This document shows positions 57,244 to 64,000 of a stretch of 64,000 nucleotides of DNA, piece after piece (position 1 is the stretch's first letter; every line of letters begins with the position of its first letter). The stretch is from Actinomycetota bacterium (lineage in GTDB: Bacteria; Actinomycetota; UBA4738; JBBDHU01). The notes under the pieces are model-generated. The model was not told the origin of the DNA and searched no databases. It saw nothing but the letters and a program-made list of their open reading frames with translations. The DNA is taken from assembly GCA_040880465.1 (NCBI GenBank), contig JBBDIK010000011.1:177229-241228 (forward strand), written 5' to 3'. A program made the translations under genes and the position numbers.

Positions 57244-57537
57244 TCAGGCCGCTTCCCGCTTCCGGCCGGGGCGCCAGCCGCGGGTCGACCCGGTGATGAA
57301 CCCCAGGTCGAACAACACCCCCAGGACCAGGACGATGACCCCGCCCCCGGTGCCGACCCCGCCGAGGGCGTTCTGGGCGATCGCGTAGGCGATCGTCGTC
57401 GTGGGCAGGAAGATGAATCCGAGCAGAGGCACCCAGAAGCTGCCGTAGGCGCGCTCCAGATAGGTCGTGAACAGGAACAAGATAACCATCACGAACCGCG
57501 GGGTGAGGATCGAAAGCAGCGGCAGTAGGCAACCCAT
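57244..57537 (-). CDS. Small membrane protein
   Basis: PRF...LLGFIFLP.TT.AY hydrophobic ORF. Confidence 0.7.
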   Translation of the reverse strand: MGCLLPLLSILTPRFVMVILFLFTTYLERAYGSFWVPLLGFIFLPTTTIAYAIAQNALGGVGTGGGVIVLVLGVLFDLGFITGSTRGWRPGRKREAA

Positions 57538-57549
57538 CCCGGACCTCTT

Positions 57550-58215
57550 TCAGTTCAGCTCGGATACGCCCTTGGCCGTGAGGTAGACACCGAAGACCAG
57601 CAGGATCACCGTCATGATGACACTGGTGTGCTTCGCCGTGAAGGCATTCACGGTACCGAGGATCTTCGACGCCGGCCCGGGGATCAGGACCCGGATCAGC
57701 AGCGGAACCAACACGGGAAGCAGGATGATGACCTGGCAGACCAGCAGGACCGCGAGTTGCACCCCGCCCGTGATGGGAGCCCTGGCGATGCCCTTCAGGA
57801 CGGGAAGGTATAGGACCAGCGTCGTGAAATTCGTGATCATCAGCGCGAGTCCGAGGACGACGTAGTCACGCAGGCCGGCGTTCGCCAACTTGCCCGCCTT
57901 GGATCCCTGCTTCTCGTGAGGTGTCGGCTTCCTCGCCAGACGCCGGGCCCCGAGCGCGAGGAGCGTGATACCCGACGCGAGATCCACCCAGCGCATCCAC
58001 GGAGCCGGCGTCCTGGTGGCGGACGCGTCCGCGAACAGGGATATGGCGGGCAGCCCGATGACCAACAGCACGATCCAGCAGCCGACCGCGTAGGCGACCG
58101 TCCTGGCTACGGGTCGTTCCTTCGATGAGAGCACCAGAACCGCAACCGTCAGCACCGTCGGGCTGATCGCCGCGGCGAAGGTGAGGGGAAGGATCTGGGA
58201 CAGCAGGTCGCCCAT
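57550..58215 (-). CDS. GAP (glycolipid-addressing / Sap-like) family membrane protein
   Basis: LPLTFAAAISP...LVLSS..P, multi-TM. Confidence 0.75.
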   Translation of the reverse strand: MGDLLSQILPLTFAAAISPTVLTVAVLVLSSKERPVARTVAYAVGCWIVLLVIGLPAISLFADASATRTPAPWMRWVDLASGITLLALGARRLARKPTPHEKQGSKAGKLANAGLRDYVVLGLALMITNFTTLVLYLPVLKGIARAPITGGVQLAVLLVCQVIILLPVLVPLLIRVLIPGPASKILGTVNAFTAKHTSVIMTVILLVFGVYLTAKGVSELN

Positions 58216-59864
58216 CAGCCCTCCCGGAGCGACCGGTACTTCCGGATCAAGGCGTTCGTGGAGCTGTCGTGCGCGAGTCCGGCATCGTCGTCGCCCTGCA
58301 ACTCGGGGATGATCCGCTTCGCCAGCACCTTGCCCAACTCGACCCCCCACTGATCGAACGAGTCGATCCCCCAGATCGCGCCCTGGGTGAACACGCTGTG
58401 CTCGTAGAGGGCGACGAGCACCCCGAGGGTGCGCGGCGTCAGTTCCTCCGCGAGGATCACGTTAGTCGGACGGTTCCCGAGGCAGACGCGGTACGGGATC
58501 GTCTCCTCCGGCGCGCCCTCGGACCGCAATTCCTCTTCGCTCTTGCCGAACGCTAGCGCCTCGGCCTGCGCGAACACGTTAGCCATCAGGTAGTCGTGAT
58601 GCGGTCCGAGCGGATTGCGGCTCTTGCCGAACCCGATCAGATCGAGCGGGATGAGCTGCGTCCCTTGGTGGATCAGTTGGTAGAAGCTGTGCTGCCCGTT
58701 CGTCCCCGGCTCGCCCCAGTAGATGGCGCCGGTCTGCGTCCCCTCGATCGACGACCCGTCCAGCCGCACATGTTTGCCGTTGGACTCCATCGTGAGCTGC
58801 TGCAGGTAGGCGGGGAAACGCTTCAGGTACTGCTCGTACGGCATCACGCCGACGGTCTGGGCGCCGAAGAAGTCCCGGTACCAGACCGACAGCAGGCCCA
58901 TCAGAACGGGGACGTTCCGCTCGAACGGCGTCGTGCGGAAGTGCTCGTCCATCTCGTGGAACCCGGCCAGCATCTCGCGGAAATGCTCGGGCCCGACCGC
59001 GAGCATCGTCGAGAGCCCGATCGCCGAGTCCATCGAGTACCGGCCCCCGACCCAGTCCCAGAACCCGAACATGTTGTCGGTATCGATCCCGAAGTCTCGG
59101 ACGCCGGCCGCGTTCGTCGACACCGCCACGAAGTGCTTCGCGACGGCCGAGTCGTCCCCGCCGACGCCCGCCAGCGTCCAGTCCCGCGCCGTCCGCGCGT
59201 TGGTCATGGTTTCCAGGGTCGTGAAGGTCTTCGACGAGATGATGAACAGCGTCTCGGCCGGATCCAGGTCGCGCGTGGCTTCGGCGAAGTCGGTTCCGTC
59301 GATGTTCGACACGAACCGGAAGGTCATCTCGCGCCGGCTGTACCAGCGCAGGGCCTCGTAGGCCATCACCGGACCCAGGTCCGACCCGCCGATCCCGATG
59401 TTGATGACGTTGCGGATCGGCATGCCGGTGTGCCCGGTCCACGCGCCGCTGCGGATCCGTTCGGAGAACTCCGCCATCCGGTCCAGGACCTGGTGCACAT
59501 CGGCGACCACGTCGGCGCCGTCGACCTCGAGCGTTGCGGAACGCGGTAGGCGGAGCGCGACGTGCAGGACCGCCCGATCCTCCGAGACGTTGATGTGGTC
59601 CCCGCGGAACATCGCGTCGATGCGCCCGTGCAGTCCGGCCTCCTGCGCCAGCTGGAGCAGCAGGGCCATGGTCTCGTCGGTGACCCGATTTTTCGAGTAG
59701 TCGAGGTACAGACCGGCTCCCTCGGCCGTGAGGCGTTCGCCGCGCTGCGGGTCGGCCGCGAACGCGTCCCTCAGGGTCGCGGAGGCCATCGTCGGCTGGT
59801 GGCTTCGGAGAGCGGCCCAAGACGGGAACGTCGTCGGATCAGGCGTGCTCTCCGTCGTTTCCAC
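58215..59864 (-). CDS. pgi: Glucose-6-phosphate isomerase
   Basis: [51 protein letters not shown]. Confidence 0.96.
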   Translation of the reverse strand: METTESTPDPTTFPSWAALRSHQPTMASATLRDAFAADPQRGERLTAEGAGLYLDYSKNRVTDETMALLLQLAQEAGLHGRIDAMFRGDHINVSEDRAVLHVALRLPRSATLEVDGADVVADVHQVLDRMAEFSERIRSGAWTGHTGMPIRNVINIGIGGSDLGPVMAYEALRWYSRREMTFRFVSNIDGTDFAEATRDLDPAETLFIISSKTFTTLETMTNARTARDWTLAGVGGDDSAVAKHFVAVSTNAAGVRDFGIDTDNMFGFWDWVGGRYSMDSAIGLSTMLAVGPEHFREMLAGFHEMDEHFRTTPFERNVPVLMGLLSVWYRDFFGAQTVGVMPYEQYLKRFPAYLQQLTMESNGKHVRLDGSSIEGTQTGAIYWGEPGTNGQHSFYQLIHQGTQLIPLDLIGFGKSRNPLGPHHDYLMANVFAQAEALAFGKSEEELRSEGAPEETIPYRVCLGNRPTNVILAEELTPRTLGVLVALYEHSVFTQGAIWGIDSFDQWGVELGKVLAKRIIPELQGDDDAGLAHDSSTNALIRKYRSLREG

Positions 59865-59866
59865 CC

Positions 59867-61252
59867 TCAGATCGGCTCGTGCCAGCCGCCGGTGGCCTTG
59901 ACCAGCTCGTTCGCGGCCTCGGGGCCCCAGCTCTTCTTCGCGTAGCGCTGCACCGGAGGCGGCGCATCGAGCAGGGGCTGGACCAGGGACCACGTAGCCT
60001 CGATGAACGCGTCGGTCGCGAAGGCTCCCTTCGTCCCGGCGAGCGCGCCGCCAAGCAGCACCTCGTACGGTTCGGGCGCCTCCCCGAGTTCGTGTTCGAA
60101 CGACAGGTCGAGCCTGACTTCGCGGGTCGCGATCTCGTCCGGCGCCTTCGCCTGAACCCGCAGGACCACCCCCGGGTCGTGGTCGATCTTCAGGATCAGC
60201 TCGTTCGGGCGCGTCGCCGTGACCACGGGGCCTGCGAACGCCAGGTCTGGTGGCCGGTGGAAACGGATCAACACCTGGGTCGCCGTCTCCCGCAGGGCCT
60301 TGCCGGTCCGGATGAAGAAGGGAACGCCGGACCAACGCCAGTTGTCGATCTCGAGCTGCAGCGCGATGTAGGTCTCGGTCTTCGAACCGGGGGCCACGCC
60401 CTTCACGTCCAGGTAGCCCTCGTACTGGCCGCGTACGCATGCCGCCGGATCCACCGGTGGCATCGACCGCAGCACGTCCAGCTTGTGGTCCGCAACCGCC
60501 CGTGGCCCCGCCGCGGCCGGCGGTTCCATCGCCACCAGGGAAAGGACCTGCAGCAGGTGGTTCTGCACGACGTCGCGCATCGCACCGACCGGATCATAGA
60601 AGTGCCCGCGATCCTCGACGCCGAAGGCCTCCAAGAGGTTCACCTGCACGCTGGCGACGTACTTGCGGTTCCACACGGGTTCGAACAGCGTGTTCGCGAA
60701 CCGGAAGAACAGGATGTCCTGGACCGGGTTCTTGCCCAGGAAGTGGTCCATCCGCATGATCTGCGATTCGTCCAGCAGCTCGTGCAGCTCGCGATTGAGT
60801 TCCTCGGCGGACGCGAGGTCGTGCCCGAACGGCTTCTCGATGACGACGTGGGCATCGGCGGTCAGACCGGCCGCATACAGGCCCTTGATCACGGTCACGA
60901 ACAGGGATGGCGGCGTCTCCAGGTAGAACAGCGGTTGCCGTGCATCCCCGATCGCTGCTTTGACTCGGTCGTAGGTCCCGGCGTCAGCGTAGTCACCCTG
61001 GATGTACGAAAGGCGTTTCGATAAGCGCTCGGCCACCGCATCGTCGACCGTGACCCCGGCCGCCTCCACGTCGGCCCGCCAGCGGTTGCGGAGGTCCGCG
61101 TCGCTCCAGGCGTCGATCGCAACGCCGATGATCGGACAGGTCAACGCGCCGCGGGACTCGAGACGATACAGCGCTTCGAACGTCATCTTCTTGGCCAGGT
61201 CGCCGGTGATTCCGAAGATCACGAAGACGTCCGCCGGCCGGTCGGCGCTCAC
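59867..61252 (-). CDS. zwf: Glucose-6-phosphate 1-dehydrogenase
   Basis: [43 protein letters not shown]. Confidence 0.93.
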   Translation of the reverse strand: MSADRPADVFVIFGITGDLAKKMTFEALYRLESRGALTCPIIGVAIDAWSDADLRNRWRADVEAAGVTVDDAVAERLSKRLSYIQGDYADAGTYDRVKAAIGDARQPLFYLETPPSLFVTVIKGLYAAGLTADAHVVIEKPFGHDLASAEELNRELHELLDESQIMRMDHFLGKNPVQDILFFRFANTLFEPVWNRKYVASVQVNLLEAFGVEDRGHFYDPVGAMRDVVQNHLLQVLSLVAMEPPAAAGPRAVADHKLDVLRSMPPVDPAACVRGQYEGYLDVKGVAPGSKTETYIALQLEIDNWRWSGVPFFIRTGKALRETATQVLIRFHRPPDLAFAGPVVTATRPNELILKIDHDPGVVLRVQAKAPDEIATREVRLDLSFEHELGEAPEPYEVLLGGALAGTKGAFATDAFIEATWSLVQPLLDAPPPVQRYAKKSWGPEAANELVKATGGWHEPI

Positions 61253-61635
61253 CGCCTGCGGGCCTTCTTGTCCTTCCGGCCCGGCTTGTGGGGACGGCGG
61301 GTGTCGTGATGGCTCCCACTGCCCGGGTGGGGGGTTCCCTCGTGGTGGTGCTCTTGCTCGAACGGGCGCTTGCCGCGGATCGCCTGCCAGATCCACAACA
61401 CGGCGATCGATCCCAGCACCCCCCCGATGATGACCCCTATCGAGATGCCGAAGATCTTGTCGAACGTGAAACGGGCGACGAGTCCACCCACGAACGAGCC
61501 GATGACGCCGACCACGAACGCCTCGCTCCAGTTCCGCCGGCGCCCGGGCTCGAGGATCCGTTGTGCCAGCCAGCCCATCGCCATGCCGAAGGCGACGAGG
61601 TAGAGCAGGAAGAAGAAGAGACCGTCCACCATCAT
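61249..61635 (-). CDS. GlsB/YeaQ/YmgE family membrane protein
   Basis: G...GWLA..I.PG, VGVIGSFVGG, GGVLGSI. Confidence 0.75.
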   Translation of the reverse strand: MMVDGLFFFLLYLVAFGMAMGWLAQRILEPGRRRNWSEAFVVGVIGSFVGGLVARFTFDKIFGISIGVIIGGVLGSIAVLWIWQAIRGKRPFEQEHHHEGTPHPGSGSHHDTRRPHKPGRKDKKARRR

Positions 61636-61648
61636 GTCGCGGCCTAGC

Positions 61649-62158
61649 CTACCCGGCTCCGCCTTCGAGCGCCTGCCGCATCGCGGCTGCCTGTTCGTCG
61701 GTCAGCGGCTCGCGGAACTCGTCCTTCGTGACGGCGCCGGCGCTCTGGATCTGGCCCATGAGCTGTCCGACGGTCTCGGCCTGCCCGATGAGCAGGACGG
61801 CGGATGTCCCCGGCGGGAGGCTTTCCCGCAATCGCGCGATGAACGCGTCGCTGACCTCGAGTTCGTGCGGATCACGTGCCGTCATCGATGCGCCGACCGC
61901 CGCGCCACCGAACAGTCCGGCGACGAGTCCGAAGGGGCCGAGGAGCAGGCCGAACATGGTTCCCACGAGTGCACCGACCGCGGCGTGCTGGCCTCGGGTT
62001 CCTCCAGGAGCGTAGCCGTGGACGGAGAAGCCGCCGTTCGCGTGATGCTCGATGATGCCGACCTCGTCGATCAGCGCTCCGGCCTGGCGCTCGGCGAGCG
62101 ACTTCACCAGATGCTGCGCGGCCTCGCTCCCCTCGAACGTGATAACGCCGACTTCCAT
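61649..62158 (-). CDS. DUF1269 family protein
   Basis: Glycine-zipper GALVG..GLLLGP.G..GAAVGA, LPPGTSAV. Confidence 0.75.
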   Translation of the reverse strand: MEVGVITFEGSEAAQHLVKSLAERQAGALIDEVGIIEHHANGGFSVHGYAPGGTRGQHAAVGALVGTMFGLLLGPFGLVAGLFGGAAVGASMTARDPHELEVSDAFIARLRESLPPGTSAVLLIGQAETVGQLMGQIQSAGAVTKDEFREPLTDEQAAAMRQALEGGAG

Positions 62159-62169
62159 GCCTCCTTCCA

Positions 62170-62877
62170 TCAGTGCCCCTCCCTCGTGTGGTCATGTCCG
62201 CACTCGCGGCGGTAGCAGTTCACGATCGTCCGCACGGCCGCTTCCGGGTCGTCGGTGACCTCGAACAACTCAAGGTCCTCGGGCGAGATGTGACCGTTCG
62301 GGATCATGGTGTCCTGGAGCCATCGGACCATCGGTTCCCAGTGTTCGCTGCCGAAGAGCACGACCGGGAAGTGCTCGATCTTGGCCGTCTGGATCAACAG
62401 GAGCGCCTCGAACAGCTCGTCGTTGGTACCGAACCCGCCCGGGAACGTGACGAACCCCTCGGCCGCCTTCACGAAACAGACCTTCCGCGCGTAGAAGTGC
62501 TTGAAGGTGTACGCCAGGTCGCAGTAGTCATTGATACCTTGCTCCTGCGGGAGCACGATGCCGAGCCCGACGGACAGACCGCCCGCCTCTTGGCACCCGC
62601 GGTTCGCCGCTTCCATGATGCCGGGACCACCGCCCGTGATGACGGCGAAGTGCTCGCGCCCGAACCCCGACGCAACGTCGTACGCGTCCCGGTACCAGCG
62701 GTGCGTCTCGGGCAGTCGGGCCGATCCGAAGATCGAGACCCCCGGCCGGTCGATCTTCTCGACCAGCTCGAACCCTGCCTTGAACTCCTGGTAGATGAAG
62801 TCGAGATCGCGCTGGATCTCGGTGTCCTCGCGGTACCAGAGCGAGCGCTCGATCGCGAGGGGGCCGGTCGGGCTCAT
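62170..62877 (-). CDS. LOG family Rossmann-fold protein (TIGR00730-like)
   Basis: SIFGSAR, TGGGPGIMEAANRG, F.ARK, PGGFGT.DE. Confidence 0.9.
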   Translation of the reverse strand: MSPTGPLAIERSLWYREDTEIQRDLDFIYQEFKAGFELVEKIDRPGVSIFGSARLPETHRWYRDAYDVASGFGREHFAVITGGGPGIMEAANRGCQEAGGLSVGLGIVLPQEQGINDYCDLAYTFKHFYARKVCFVKAAEGFVTFPGGFGTNDELFEALLLIQTAKIEHFPVVLFGSEHWEPMVRWLQDTMIPNGHISPEDLELFEVTDDPEAAVRTIVNCYRRECGHDHTREGH

Positions 62878-62937
62878 CGCCGGATCACGCGCCGGGAACC
62901 GGCGAAGCGTCGCGCGAGGGGGGGCGGCGGCGCCCGG

Positions 62938-63828
62938 CTATCCCGCGGCCGCCTTCTTCTTCGGCGCCGCCGCTCTCTTCGGACTCTTCTTCTTCGCCGC
63001 GGACGTCGCCGGCTTGTTCGGCTTGGTCGGTTTGGTCGGTTTGGCCGGCTTCGCGTCCTTCTTTACCGCCTCGACGCTGGCCTTGAGCGCTTCCATCAGA
63101 TCCAGGACCTTGGACGGCGCCTCCTGTTCGACCAGTTCTATCTCCTTGCCTTCGACCTTCGCCTCGACGATCTTCATCAGGGCTTCGCGGTAGGCATCGG
63201 TGAACGCTTCCGGGTTCCACGCCTCGGTGAGGTTCTCGATGAGCGACTGCGCCATCTGCACCTCTTGCGGGCGGATGGTCACCTTCTTGTCGAACTCCTC
63301 GAAGTCGTCGGCGCGGATCTCGTCCGGCCAGTACATCGTCTCGAGGACGAATGTCTTGTCCCGGAAGCGGAGCGCCGCCAGATGCTCCTTGTCGCGGAAG
63401 CTGACCTTCGCGATTCCGACCTTGTTCTCTTCCGTCAGTGCCTTGCGGAGCAGGTTGTAGGCCTTGATCCCCATCTCGTCGGGAACGAGGTAGTACGACT
63501 TCTTGAAATAGATGGGATCGATCTCGTCCAGATCGATGAACTGCACGATGTCGATGTTGCGGCTGGACTCCACGGGGACGGCGTCGAAGTCATCGTCGGA
63601 GAGCGTGACGTACGTGTCCTTCTCGATCTCGTAGCCCTTCACGATGTGGTCGAAGGGCACCTCCTCGCCACACGCGGAGCACGTGCGCTTCATCTTGATG
63701 CGGCCGCCGTCGGCGTCGTGGAGCTGGTTGAACTTCAGGGACTTCTCCTCGGTGGACGGGAACACGCGCACCGGGATGGATACGAGGCCGAAACTGATGG
63801 CCCCTTTCCACATGGTCCTGGGAGGCAT
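62938..63828 (-). CDS. ku: Non-homologous end joining protein Ku
   Basis: WKGAISFGLVSIPV, IVKGYE, YYLVP, W.DEIR, DLMEALKAS, basic Lys/Pro tail. Confidence 0.95.
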   Translation of the reverse strand: MPPRTMWKGAISFGLVSIPVRVFPSTEEKSLKFNQLHDADGGRIKMKRTCSACGEEVPFDHIVKGYEIEKDTYVTLSDDDFDAVPVESSRNIDIVQFIDLDEIDPIYFKKSYYLVPDEMGIKAYNLLRKALTEENKVGIAKVSFRDKEHLAALRFRDKTFVLETMYWPDEIRADDFEEFDKKVTIRPQEVQMAQSLIENLTEAWNPEAFTDAYREALMKIVEAKVEGKEIELVEQEAPSKVLDLMEALKASVEAVKKDAKPAKPTKPTKPNKPATSAAKKKSPKRAAAPKKKAAAG

Positions 63829-63883
63829 CGGCTCTCTCTCCTGGGGAAGGGCTACCGCCTGATTCTAGTCCGCTTCCGCGAAC

Positions 63884-64000
63884 CTACCCGGCCAGCTCCG
63901 AGGACACGGCCGTCGCCGCTTCAAGCGCGCTGGCGGCGTCGCCGGATCCATCCAGATCCATGACCATCCCGAAATACCCGTCGTGCCCCCAGTAGCACAT
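63884..64000 (-). CDS. 3' end of an unidentified gene entering from the right edge
   Basis: Open frame MCYWGHDGYFGMVM...ELAG to TAG at 63884. Confidence 0.35.
   Translation of the reverse strand: MCYWGHDGYFGMVMDLDGSGDAASALEAATAVSSELAG

Noticed and set aside
59867-61252. zwf-pgi separated from pgl and lacking opcA
   Set aside because: Ordinary gene-order variation
62938-63828. Ku without adjacent ligD
   Set aside because: Gene is at the window edge and ku/ligD are often unlinked; cannot be assessed

Overview
High-GC Actinomycetota chromosomal segment (WhiB1, SigH/RshA, PAC2, UPF0182 and a GlnR-type box support the phylum), made up mostly of housekeeping genes: pyrD/pyrE, pgl, the mcl-mcd-mch part of the ethylmalonyl-CoA pathway, gabT, nth, ftsH, mreB, moaE, aroF, amtB-glnK-glnD, zwf-pgi and ku. 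The main accessory feature is a ~10.6 kb element (27566-38236) integrated in the 3' end of an initiator tRNA-Met and bounded by a perfect 49-bp direct repeat. It has a phage-satellite (PICI-like) core: integrase, divergent regulators, excisionase, helicase, a putative iteron origin and a CTG-initiated small terminase, with no recognisable capsid, tail or conjugation genes. Its cargo includes three membrane proteins that share one N-terminal zinc-ribbon module fused to different payloads (DUF4190, a type IV pilin-like head homologous to a host gene, Ltp repeats); these genes become adjacent across attP on excision. It also carries a PD-(D/E)xK nuclease. Outside the element, the main points are an unannotated Phe/Tyr/Trp-rich leader-peptide attenuator upstream of DAHP synthase, a CysRS-type C-terminal domain fused to a GT2 glycosyltransferase, three RTX-repeat mini-proteins, several small Cys-rich ORFs and widespread apparent leaderless gene starts. 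All calls come from reading the sequence and recognising motifs; no searches were run.
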